DNA of 64,000 nt from the human T2T-CHM13v2.0 reference genome, Homo sapiens (GCF_009914755.1 NC_060927.1), one strand, 5' to 3'; positions 31,290 to 44,900 are shown, numbered from the stretch's first letter. A program made the numbers and translations. The notes: generated by a model not told the origin, from the sequence alone.

Positions 31290-32760
31290 AGCGGGAGTCG
31301 GGAAGACCAGAAAAAATGCCTTTAAGTGGAGACGCCTCGGGCCTCGCTGAGGAAGTTCAGAGCCCCACTCGGTCGCCACACGCTCACCCTCCCATTCCCA
31401 CCGCCCTCCTTCCCGCGGCGCCAGACGTCGGTGCCCGAGCGAGAGCCGGAATCTCCGCCACTGCCGGGGAAGGGGCCGCGGCCCGGCCGGGGCAGCACCG
31501 GCCGCACACGCACGCCTCCTCCGCACGCGCCGCGCCCGGCCTCCCCGCCGCGCGGCCCGGCCCCTCGCACCCGCGCCGGGCCGGCTCCGCCGGGCAGGCC
31601 TAGGCCGCGCCGGCCGTACCCGGGCACCTCGCTCCCCGGCGGAGGCGGAGCAGGCCCGACATAAACTTCCCGGCGCGCTAGCAGAGGCGTCACAGACGGG
31701 CCGGCCCCTAGCGCCATTCCCCGAGGCCTGGAGGCGGCTCCCGCCCCTAATCCCCACACTCGGGGTCCCGGCGGAGACCGGCCCCAGGCCCACAGCCCCC
31801 ACCCCTCCGGCGTCGTCCCCGAGTTTACCTCCAAGTCGCGGCCTTTGTTCTTGAAATTCTTGAGCCGTTGGTTGTCCAGTTTCTCGTTGTCCGCCATGGC
31901 CGGGCCGGTGACTCCTTCCCCCGCCCGGGCCCCGCGGGATCCGCCCCAACCAACGCGCCGCACCGACACTCCCAGGAACCGGGCCGCCGCCTGAGCTGCT
32001 GTGCCCGCCGCGCCGCCGCTTCCTTCCTCCTCTCACCTGCCTCCGCCGCGGCCTTCTCCTCTCCCCGCCCGCCCCCCCGCCCTAACCCCAGCGCGACTGC
32101 AGCTCCGGCAAAGACAACTGTGGGGCCGGGCGGCGGCAAGGCGACGGAATGTGCTGCCGGCTGAGAGGGGGAGGCAGCCTCGATCTGAGGGCCCCGGCGC
32201 TGCGGCCACGCCCATCGCCTCCAGCCCGGCTCGCCCATTGGCTAACCAGGCTCCGGTGCGTTCGACCAATCAGAAGGGGCGATGGAGAGCCGGGGCGGAA
32301 AGAGCGAACGGAAAGGGGAAGCGAACGACGCTGGGAGGAGCCGGCTCCGGGCCCGGAGGGGTGCGGCGGGGGCAGGCGGGGAAGGACCACGTGCCTTCGG
32401 AGAGAGGGGTTGGAAGCAATAGAGAAGTAGACTTAAGGGGAAACCAGCAAGGGGAAGGAGAGGCCCGGGAACGCAGCAGGGCGAGTTGTTTTGCTCCACT
32501 CGTCCAGGAAGCCCTAGATGCCGGGGGTTCAGGGTCGAGGCTGCGTTAAAGTAACGTTCTTTTCTCCCCGGGCGCGCCCTGTCTTCCTGGGCATTCCTTG
32601 CGCTCTCCGTTCGCTTTGCAGAGAGATCTGAGCTTCGCTGTCTCCCGGTCGGACGCTCGCAGCTGCGTTCCCGGGCTGGGGCTCCGTGCCGTCCAGGGCC
32701 GGGTCTGGGGGCCAGGACCTGCTGGGATGACGTGAGTTGAGGAGGCTCAGCGGAAAGCGA
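31290..32760. promoter_or_regulatory. KPNA4: CpG island / KPNA4 promoter and 5'UTR, likely bidirectional
   Basis: Very GC- and CpG-rich against AT-rich flanks. Opposite-facing CCAAT boxes (ATTGG 32237-32241, CCAAT 32266-32270), GC box GGGGCGG 32292-32298, E-box CACGTG 32388-32393, no TATA box seen. Confidence 0.9.
31829..31897 (-). CDS. KPNA4: Importin subunit alpha-3 (karyopherin alpha 4), coding part of exon 1 (MADNEKLDNQRLKNFKNKGRDLE), start of IBB domain
   Basis: ATG at 31897-31895 in strong Kozak context (GCCATGG). The 23-aa translation is the recognisable KPNA4 N-terminus and ends at donor GAG|GTAAAC. Lies in a CpG island. Confidence 0.97.
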
Positions 32761-34391
32761 CAGGAAAGGTGGGTGGAAAAGGAAAGGGCCCATTAGACGA
32801 ATCTGATTCATCTTCTGTGACTAAGCACCCGCAACAGTTAGGAATTTAGGCAGAGCTGGTGATCCTGGGACAATAGCACTTCCTAGGTAATTCGTCTTAA
32901 AAAGTTAAAGAAGCTGCTTGACCACAAAGTATGAACTTCTGGAGGGCGGGGCCCGTGGCAGCTGACAGGGAATATTGTGTGTTGAGAAAGGAAATGAGTT
33001 CCAAGGATACCAAGGACAACGTTACCAGAGGCAGAAATGACACGAGATACAAAAGAACGTATTCAAAAATTTAACAAAACAGAAATGGAAAATTATTTTA
33101 AAATATATTGAAATATCAACGAATAACACCTCAAATGTACAGGGATATGTAAAGCAGCAACTCGGGTCGGAAGCAAGGAATCGAGGCGTTGGGTGTGTTT
33201 AAACTTGACGAGGTAGGGAGAAGAGACCCTGATACAAACTCCTTCAGAATCGTTGACTCTCGGTCCTTTCTAGTATATTTTTTTAGTAGAACAACGTGCA
33301 GATAAGTGTTTAAAATGCAGATCTTCCTAAGGAAACACTTTTAAAGGCAACAGAGGGGAATTTTTTTTTAAGTTAAAATGGAAGAAGTTAGTGGGTTTAA
33401 CAGATATGAACAACTGAGTTTCCTTTGGGGGAGAGGCAATGAAAAGAGCCGGAGTACTTTAGGGATCACTTTGGAGAGGATATTGTAGTGGGGGAAAGGA
33501 AGGTAAAAACTTAGGAAGCAGAGTAGTACCTTTAAAGTCGTCAGTACTTTATATACCATCAACTGGGCTATGGACAACAGAAGCTGTGCCTGGAAATAAC
33601 TCACACTGAAGGTTAACTTGAATATAAATTTAGAACAGATCTTAAATACAAATGATGATGTTCATTATAAACTGTTATTCTTCAAAGACTCATTTAACTG
33701 AAGTAACATTGTATTTGCATACCAGAGCACTGGTGTTTTTCAAAATGAGTTTAGGATAAGAAAATTCACTTGAAAAGCTGGAGTATGTATGTATTTTGCG
33801 CCATCATGGATTTTATCATAAGCAGTGTTCAAGAAAACAAATTACCAGCGAATTCCCACCCTATGAGTAAAAGTTATCTTGTCAACATATCAATAGATGA
33901 ACATTTTGTACTTCTTGGAATACATTTCATGGTAGCTTTCATGATGAAGTTTATAGACGTGTCTGTTATATGTCTTCATGTCTCCAGCTACAACTGAGTG
34001 TCTCTGATGATTAAACAACAACCCGAGTTTTCTCTCTGCAGAAGACTCCTAAAAAAGAGTTGTAATTAGTTACCAGCTGAGAAAGATGCAATACAAATAG
34101 GAAATAACCGCAATTTATAATTTTATTTATCTAAAATCTGTCTTCCTCCCTAGACAGTAAGCTCTCTGAAGTCAAGAACCATAGTTGTTTTGTTCACTAC
34201 TGTATACTCAGCACCTAATAGTACTTGGCACATAAGTACTCAGGGACTATTTGTCAAATGCAAGAACATATGCCCCTAAAGCAGAAGTCAGGAAAACCAG
34301 AAAAAATGCCTTTAAGTATTACAGAAATGCCACAGGCCTCCACTTAAATTGAAAAGCAAGCTAACCCCTCTTGATAAAAATGTGGATTGAG

Positions 34392-36105
34392 ATCAAGAAG
34401 CAGCTTCTCTGCTCCTTCTGGAATCTCCACCTGGTTTAGCCTGCTGCCTCCACTCCTGCCTCCACCATGTCCATCAGGGTGATCCAGAAGTCCTACAAGG
34501 TGTCCACCTTTGGCCCCCAGGCTTTCAGCAGCCACCCCTACACTAGTGGGCCCAGTGCCTGCACCAGCTCCTTGAGCTTCTCCCTAGTGGGGAGCTTCAC
34601 TGTGCAGCTTCTGGGGTGGCCTGGGCGGAGGCTATGGTGGGGCCAGCAGTATGCGAGGCATCACCACCATCACGGTAAACCAGAGCCTGCTGAGCCCCCT
34701 TAACCTGGAGGTGGACTCCAACATCCAGGCTGTATACACCCAGGAGAAGGAGCAGATCAAGACCCTCAACAACAAGTTTGCCTCCTTCACAGACCAGGTA
34801 TGGTTCCTGGAGCAGCAGAACAAGGTGCTGGAGACCAAGTGGAGCCTTCTGCAGCAGCACAAGATGGCTGGGAGCAACATGGACAACATGTTCGGGAGCT
34901 ATATCAACAACCTTAGGCGGCTGCTGGAGCCAGGAGAAGCTGAGGCTGGAAGCGGAGCTTGGCAACATGCAGGGGCTGGTGGAGGACTTCAGGAACAAGT
35001 ATGAGGATGAGATCAATAAGCCTACAGAGATGGAGAATTAATTTGTCCTCATCAAGAAGGATGTGGATGAAACTTACATGAACAACGTAGAGCTGGAGTC
35101 TCACCTGGAAGGGCCGACTGTATGAAGTGGAGATCCGGGAGCTGCAGTCCCAGATCTCCAACATGTCTGTGGTGCTGTCCATGGACAGCAGCCACTCCTG
35201 GACATGGACAGCATCATCACTGAGGTAAAGAGGCAGTACAAGGAGGTTGCCAACTGCAGCCGGGCTGAGGCTGAGAGCACGTACCAGATCAAGTATGTGG
35301 AGCTGCAGACGCTGGCTAGGAAGCACAGGGATGACCTGCGGCATACAAAGACTCAGATCTCCAAGATGAACCGGAACATCAGCCAGCTCCAGGCTGAGAT
35401 TGAGGGCCTCCAAGGCCAGGGGGCTTCCCTGGAGGCCACCATCCCAGATGCTGAGCATCGTGGGGAGCTGGCCGTTAAGGATGCCAATGCCAAGCTCTCC
35501 AAGCTGGAGGCCACTCTGCAACGTGTGAGTACCAGGAGCTGATGAAAGTCAAGCTGGCCTGGAAATGGAGGTCGCCACCTACAGAAAGCTGCGGGAGAGC
35601 TAGGAGAGCCAGCTGGAGTCTGGGATGCAGAACATGAGTATCCATACGAAGACCACCAGCGGCTATGCAGGTGATCTGAGCTCGGCCTATGTGGGCCTCA
35701 CAACTCGTGACCTCAGCTATGGCCTGGGCTCCAGCTTTGGCTCTGGCACAGGCTTCAGCTCCTTCAGGTGCACCAGCTCCACCAGGGCCGTGGTTGTGAA
35801 GAAGATCGAGACCCGCGATGGGAAGCTGGTGTCTGAGTCCTCTGACTTCCTGCCCAAGTGAACAACTGTGGCAGCTCCTCCTAGTCTGCCCCTCCCGTGG
35901 CTGCCACAGACTCCAGGAGGGAGGCTGCTGTGTGGGGAAGCACAGACAACAGGAGACCCCCCACCTGAGGCTCAACCCACCCGTGGGGGAGTTTACTGTC
36001 TGGGGACCCCCCTTGCCCATGCTTCCAGCTAGAAAACAATTGTGGTTTTTTTTTTGGTCCAAAATAAAACCTCAGCTAGCTCCACCACAAAAAAAAAAAA
36101 AAAAA
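34392..36105 (+). pseudogene. KRT8P12: Processed keratin 8 pseudogene
   Basis: Intronless KRT8-like copy: 5'UTR, ATG 34467 (MSIRVIQKSYKVST), rod segments ([15 protein letters not shown]), tail KKIETRDGKLVSESSD with stop 35859-35861, AATAAA 36063-36068, poly(A) 36089-36105. TSD core TGTGGATTGAG at 34381-34391 and 36107-36117. Frameshifts, deletions and in-frame stops (TAA 35039, TAG 35601). The P12 number comes from recalled synteny with KPNA4. Confidence 0.93.
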
Positions 36106-36569
36106 TTGTGGATTGAGTCGTTACTGCTTCTAGTTTACTGAGTTCCTTCTATTTATATAAATTCTTGATTTGATATCAAGCTCATTCTGGGGTGAAAGTT
36201 TAGGGAATAAATCAGACATACATTTCAGGGCAAAACCCCCTATGTATTTAAAAGTAGTTGTGACACACTTCGTTAAACAATTATCCTTAATTATAATTCT
36301 TAGTCTATTGGCTTAAATTTATTACTTGAAATTGTCACTACTCGTTTGCCAAGTTTACATGTTTAGTGTCTATACTTACAGTTCTTCCCAGATAGAAGAT
36401 ACATAATTTATCAAATGGGCAAAGAAGTCCTTCAGGGAGTTGGTAATAGCTCTACATGCTGATTGGTAATTGAATTAGCAAGATATGGTAGATCTAACTG
36501 ATTAGAAGGTTTCAATTTAACTTGCTGAACTAAGGAAGTAAAATGCAGAATTATTAACCATTTCAATAT

Positions 36570-36918
36570 TATCTTAATTTGGGATGTGATAATTAATTAC
36601 CACAAACTGAGTGGCTTAAACAAACATTTATTTCTCACAGTTAGGGAGGACGTGAAGTCCATTATTAAGGCCGATCTGGTATCTGGTGAGAACTCACTTC
36701 CTGGTTTGGAGATGGCTATCTACTTACTGTATCCTTGTATATTGGATAGTAGCCAGGGAGCAAGCTCTCATTTCTGTTATACGGGCACTGATCCCACTCA
36801 TGAGGGCTTCACCATCATGATCTAATTACTTCCCTCAAACCTCACCCTTAACGCCATCACATTGGGGCTTAAGATTTCAACATAAATTTTGGGGGAACAC
36901 AAACATTTAGTACATAAC
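36570..36918. mobile_element. MLT1 (MaLR) solo LTR
   Basis: CCACAAACTGAGTGGCTTAAACAAACATTTATTTCTCACAGTT...TTTGGGGGAACACAAACATT. Confidence 0.8.
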
Positions 36919-37401
36919 TAACAGACTATATAACAAAAATGCTTTTTTATGTATATGAAGTATAGTTGTTATAACCAAACACCAGAAAACCTATTCTGTA
37001 TCTGAGACCTGTTTTGCAATAGGCTATTTGGTGTTAGGTAATGATCTTCTGACTTGTAATCACTCTTGGTATTGGGAAAGTCTAAAATATTATAGAGATA
37101 CTTGCTTTCAGTGTGTCATGAAATTCTCTTTCAGTCACTTTCTGAATAAAGAAACTGTTCTGCAACAGACATTTGTGAAAGGATTTGTGAAGACTTACAC
37201 AGGATTTTGGTTGATCAAATGCAATCTCAAAAATAATTATACTTGTTAAGCAGTTTAGACTCTTCTCATGATATATGCATTAAACTGAAGATTATAGAAT
37301 CTTTCTTTGTAATATGGATCCTATGGTTTCTGTTACTGTTTGGGGGAATACCTTAGATTATGTTTGATTTCCGGAGCAAAAGCCTGGGTAGTGTTGGCTG
37401 A

Positions 37402-37718
<317 letters not shown>

Positions 37719-38091
37719 TCAGGAATTTTATATGTTGCTAAATCTTACTAAAATATAATTGTTTTTGTTACAGTTGGACTGCTGCTTTTTTGAGAGAAAA
37801 ATATTAAGCCTTTGGTAATATACCTTTATTTTCTCTGGAAAACAAAGTTGATCAGGTAGTAGGGACTTCATTCATTCATTTTCATTGCCAGACTTTTCTG
37901 ACTTATAACTTGGGGAGCCTGGAGAAACAATTGTTACCAAATATTGAACACCTACCATGTTCTAGGTCTAGGTGTTTTATCTATGCAAAGTGTTTTCTTT
38001 TAAAATTATTATTGTTATTTCTATTTCTGCTATTATAGGCAGATAATTTTGACTGAAGCCCCTGGTAAAAGATGATAAATTAAAAGGCTAG

Positions 38092-38404
<313 letters not shown>

Positions 38405-38992
38405 ATTGATGTTAATTTGATTGAGAGGGATGAATCTAGTTTTTCTTTAGGTTTTTTTTTTTAAGTTAATTTTAACTATTTAATTGGAGAAAAACAGAAT
38501 TATAGGCCCAGCCTCCAGGCCCAATAGTCTCATTTCAGACAAGCTCTCTACCCCTATCTTTTTTTGTTGTTTAAACTTTTTATTTTAAACTAATTACAGA
38601 TTCACAGGAGTTCCAAAAAAATGTACAAGGAGATCCCATATGTCCTCTACTGAGTCTCTCCCAATGGTATCATCTTGTATAACTGTACTACATTATCAAA
38701 ACAAGGAAATTGATATTGATATAATCCACAGAGGTTATTCAGAGGGGAGGCAAGACATTAGAATGTAAAGAATATATGAAAGTATGAGGCAATATCCATG
38801 TATTGGAACCTTTTATAACCTTATACTTTACAGGAAAAAATTCTATAATGACAGTGATGACAGTTGTTACCAAATATGGAGCACCTACTGTATTCTAGGT
38901 TTAGGTATTTTATTATCATTATTTGTATTTATTTTGTATTTCTGCTATTATAGGCAGGTAATAGTTAATGAGCACTTTCATGGCAGTCAGTC

Positions 38993-39552
<560 letters not shown>

Positions 39553-39836
39553 TCATTGAATTCTCACCACCACGCTATGAGTTAAGTATACTCACTTTAC
39601 AGACGAGAAACTTGAAGAACAAAGAAGTTTAGTAATTTGCCCAAGATCACACAGTAGCTGGCATTTGAACTGGGCATGACACCAGAGCTGGCACTCCTAA
39701 TTACCATGGAGGTACATAAACTTCACTGTGCATAGCAACCTTTAAAGGTAGACATTTCCATTTTCTGTATGAGGAACCTGAGGTTCAAAGAAGGGAAGTA
39801 ATTTGCTCAAGAACCTACACAACTAACAGGTGCTAG

Positions 39837-41123
39837 TGTGTCTGGAATTGGTTGGTGGGTTCTTGGTCTCACTGACTTCAAGAATGAAGCCGCGGACCCT
39901 CGCGGTGAGTGTTACAGTTATTAAAGGCGGCATGTCTGGAGTTTGTTCCTTTTGATGTTCGGATGTGTTCCGAGTTTCTTCCTTCTGGTGGGTTCGTGGT
40001 CTCGCTGGCTCAGGAGTGAAGCTGCAGACCTTCGCGGTGAGTGTTACAGCTCATAAAGGCACTGTGGACCCAGAGTGAGCAGCAGCAAGATTTATTGCAA
40101 AGAGAGAAAGAACTAAGCTGCCACAGTGTGGAAAGGGACCTGAGTGGCTTGCCGCTGCTGGCTTGGACAGCCTGCTTTTATTCTCTTATCTGGCCCCACC
40201 CACATCCTGCTGATTGGTAGAGCCGAGTGGTCTGTTTTGACAGGGCACTGATTGGTGCGTTTACAATCCCTGAGCTAGACACAAAGGTTCTCCACGTCCC
40301 CACCAGATTAGCTAGATACAGAGTGTGGAACACAAAGGTTCTCCAAGTCCCCACCAGAGTAGCTAGATACAGAGTGTCAATTGGTGCATTCACAAACCCT
40401 GAGGTAAACACAGGGTGCTGATTGGTGTGTTTACAAACCTTGAGCTAGATACAGAGTGCAGATTGGTGTATTTACAATCCCTGAGCTAGACATAAAGGTT
40501 CTCCACGTCCCCACCAGACTCAGGAGCCCAGCTGGCTTCCCCCAGTGGATCCCGCACCCTGGCTGCAGGTGGAGCTGCCTGCCTGTCCCACGCCGTGTGC
40601 CCACACTCCTCAGCCCTTGGGTGGTCGATGGGACTGGGCGCTGTGGAGCAGGGGGTGGCACTCGTCGGGGAGGCTCAGGCCGCACAGGAGCCCACGGAGC
40701 CGGGGGGAGGCTCAGGCATGGCAGGCTGCAGGTCCCGAGCCCTGCCCCGCGGGAAGGCAGCTAAGGCCCGGGAGAAATTGAGCACAGCAGCTGCTGGCCC
40801 AGGTGCTAAGCCCCTCACTGCCAGGGCCGGTGGGGCTGGCCGGCCGCTTTGAGTGCGGGGTCCACCGAGCCTACGCCCACCCGGAACTCGCGCTGGCCCG
40901 CAAGCACCACCCGCTGCCCCAGTTCCCGCCCGCACCTCTCCCTCCACCCCTCCCCGCAAGCTGAGGGAGCCGGCTCCAGCCTTGGCCAGCCCAGAAAGGG
41001 GCTCCCACAGTGCAGCGGCGAGTTGAAGGGCTCCTCAAGTGCCGCCAAAGTGGGAGCCCACGCAGAGGAGGTGCGGAGAGCAAGCGAGGGCTGTGAGGAC
41101 TGCCAGCACGCTGTCACCTCTCA
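39837..41123 (-). mobile_element. Solo LTR12 (LTR12C-like, ERV9) inserted into a MIR
   Basis: Minus strand begins TGAGAGGTGACAGCGTGCTGGCAGTCC and ends CCAATTCCAGACACA. Tandem U3 repeats with 5 CCAAT boxes. Degenerate 4-bp TSD CTAG/CTGG. MIR sequence on both sides. Confidence 0.93.
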
Positions 41124-41261
41124 CTGGAACCCTAGTTGGAGTCCAGCCCTGCCTAGCTGTAAACCCCTGCGACTTCTAGTGGACCATTCTAGATAGACCC
41201 TGGCCTATCACACTGATCTCAGCTGGATCTCTGAAGAGGTCTAGTTCTGAAATGCCCAAGG

Positions 41262-41448
41262 GAATGGTTTGCAAACTTCAGAATGCATTAGAATCACCTG
41301 GAAGGTTAAAAACCAGATTGGTGGCCTTTATCCTCAGGGTTTCTGTTTCAGTAAATTTGGGACAGCCTTTGAAGATGTGAATTTCTAACAAGAGCTCAGA
41401 GGATGCTAATGATGTTTCAGTTCCTAGAATATACTTTGACAACTACTA
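41262..41448. mobile_element. MER5A-like hAT MITE
   Basis: TGCATTAGAATCACCTGG...TTTCTAACAAG...ATACTTTGACAACTACT. Confidence 0.7.
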
Positions 41449-41530
41449 AATCTGGCCCAACAGAGCTCATTATAGATAGATTCAGCATTAAGATAAGAAC
41501 AGAGTTAAAATAAGGGTTAATTAGGCATCA

Positions 41531-41917
<387 letters not shown>

Positions 41918-44900
41918 TGAGTGTGTAAATTCATTGTTATAGATTTCTTGCTTGAAAAAATGTACCAAACGATTAGTGTTTCAAGGACAGCATTGAACAA
42001 ACCAGTAATACCCAGTTCCATACTACTTTCTGAATAGATGTATGTACTACTTTCCTGGGTTTCTCTCTGCTTCTAGTTTTCCTCTTGAGTTTTCTCAAAT
42101 GCTATTTTCTTTATGGCATTCTTCACCAAGACTGGCTCCATTGAGCATGCAAAGTCTATTCTGAGTTTTTTGGTGTTAGCTTAAATCTCATATACTCTGC
42201 CACTGCCTTCCCTAGCTCCTTGAAGGAACAAGCCTGTCCTCATTCTTGTATCAATTCTCAAAGAGGCAGATTGTCTCCATTAACTATTCTTCCTCTGTTT
42301 CTGAATTTTAGCCCATTTGCCAGATTCTCTGTTTCCCTTCTACTAGTCTCCTTTTCAGGGCTCTCCCCCTAGAGGTCCAGTCAGGAGGATTGGAGTTTCC
42401 TGCCCCATCTGGACTGACCTTTTGGAACTATCTCTGACACCAACAAACAAAACGGAACTACTGGGTTAGCTTCTCTGTTTTTAGTCACCCTGTTCAGGGG
42501 GATTCCTTTACAATCAAAACAAGGAAAAAAAGAAAACTGTTCATTATTAATCCTTTTTTTATTTCTGCTAATGGTGCTACACAGTTACTTGAGCTGAAAA
42601 CATTAAGCAACTTTGATTTTTCATCCTTTTCTTTTGCATCCCACACTCAATCAATGCCAAATTGTAATGATTAAGTATCTTCACAGAGTCTCTCACATTT
42701 GCCTACTTTTCATTCCCAATGCCTCTGCCCTGTTCAAGACTTGTAAGAATTGTTTCATATTCGTGATATTTCAGAGTTGGGAGAAAGTATAAATATTACC
42801 TAGATCAATCATCCATTTTGTGCTTGAATTTTCACTTCAATATTCCCATCAGGTGGTTTTTCCAACCTCAATACTTCTCGAGTCATAGCCCATTAGCCTT
42901 CAGAGGATACCGTTAGAACATTTTTCTTGTAAGACACATGTGCATCTAATCATTTAAAACAAAAAGTGATTGTAATATTTAGATATTTAAAGTAAAAGCA
43001 GTTAAATATCTGTGGAAATAACAAAGGGCAAATGCATTAAGTAGAGCTCTTTTTTGTATTTGTGAAAATGATATAATTCTATCTTCAGTAATACCACACA
43101 CCTGAATTATGGGTTCTGTTTCGAAATGTGATAATAATTAGAGTGCTAATCAGACTGGTGAAAATTAATTCTCGTGAATATAAGTGTCTTTAATAATTTT
43201 AATGAAGACAGACTGATGTCCTAAAACAGATGATTGCCTTGGATAATCTCATATAAGTAGGATTCTGATGTGTTTATTAGTTGCTTTTCTTTATTACTGA
43301 GCATAGATTATATGTGATATATGGTACCATGTATACACACATGATTATAATTGTGTAACATGAGTTAAAAGATAGTGTAAGATTGAATACTTCTAGGGCA
43401 TGGGATTTAGTCTTGAAATACACACCTCATAGGATTTATCAGATTTCTATTTATAGTCTGTCACCATGTTATAAAAAACCCTGAAGTCTCTTGGAGAACT
43501 TCTCAAATAGAATTTCAACAGATTCTCCAGATGCCTATGAAGTCAAAGTTTTATAGTTCCTGCTGTGCCATTTATGCTTGGTTACCACTGGTTACCTTAT
43601 GATGGACTTCAGACAAAATCTTTAACAACAAATCTTTTAATGTTTTTCTTCCTGCTTTCCCACAGTGTTGAATCCTGGAAACACTTGTCTTTCACCTACA
43701 TGCTTATCCCAACACTTTCATTAGGGCTTGTTAAACGTTGCTATTCATATAACTAATGAGAATAAGAGCCTGGTAAGTGTTAGATCATCTTTAGAGCCCA
43801 TTAGATATTAGAATGTCTTGTGCACTTGTTTTTGGCTACAAACCTAAGATCTGCCTAATCAAACTTGATGTTCTACATGGCAGAACATAGCTACCATACT
43901 GATCCCAAATTAGACTTCCCAGGTTTTTAGTTCTGCTTATAAATAGAAGCATCAGAGGAAACGTTTAACTTGTAGACAGATCAAGTCAATTAACAACTAG
44001 TAACACTACTATTTGGTTAAGTCAAGGATATCATAGAGCCATTTAGAGCAGTAGAAAAATATCAGTACCCAAGTGACCTAGAAGAGCTATTTAATTTCTA
44101 GAGATAAGAAATACCTGTTGTTTTATATTTATCTTCTTACTTTTTTCTTATGCTTCTACTTGTGACATGAAAAGAGGAAAAAATTACCCTCCATTTATTG
44201 TCGAGATAGTCATTAGAATGGAAAACTCTTTAAGAGTAGTTAAATTTTGCCACAGAAGTCTTTAGTAATACCACACACCAGGATTATAGGCTCTGTTTTG
44301 AAATGTGAGCAGAGCCATATATCTCTGTCTCCTCGCTGGATTTCAGTCAGTCCTCTTGGAGGCACTCTTGTGACATGTGAACTGATCCAAAGGGTACTCT
44401 GGCAAATCGTTGATCTTGGCACCCTTAAAATGCTAACTCCTTTTAGGGATAATTTAAATACAATTTGTGTTGACTTTATTACTCAAGATAATAACAAAGA
44501 AGGAAAGGGAAGGATAAACCACATGTGTGTTTCTACCCACCACTCATATGCAACCCTTTACTGTAGTGTATATCTTAGTATATACTGAGTGTAATTTATA
44601 GTGTAATATATAGTACAGCATATATCTAAGGGTATAGTGTTATGTATAGTCAGGCCTGGCTTTATGGACACGTGACTCATACAGCCAAACAGAGCTCCAT
44701 GCATGGCTTAAAACTCTGCTGTCACTGTCTTAGAAATTCTGTTTTTAAATTGGTGGCTCAACATTTTCATTTTGCACTGGTCCTTACAAATATGTAGTCT
44801 GCCATATTTAGTGTAGCATATACGTAGTACCATGTATCAGTGTACCTATAGTGTAGCGTATGTATCTTGTACTCCTTACCTACCCACAATTCTTTTTTCA

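Noticed and set aside
31239-32811. Many long overlapping ORFs (up to 265 aa) in the CpG island
   Set aside because: Stop-codon depletion in GC-rich DNA giving low-complexity R/G/P/A translations; only 31829-31897 matches a real protein.
34467-35861. Keratin-like ORFs as a functional KRT8 gene
   Set aside because: Split over several frames by frameshifts, deletions and stops; intronless with poly(A) and TSD. The antisense ORFs (195-202 aa) are shadows of coding-like composition.
40178-41196. ORFs and CRISPR-like spaced repeats within the LTR
   Set aside because: These are the normal tandem U3 enhancer repeats and GC-rich region of LTR12; eukaryotic context, no cas genes.
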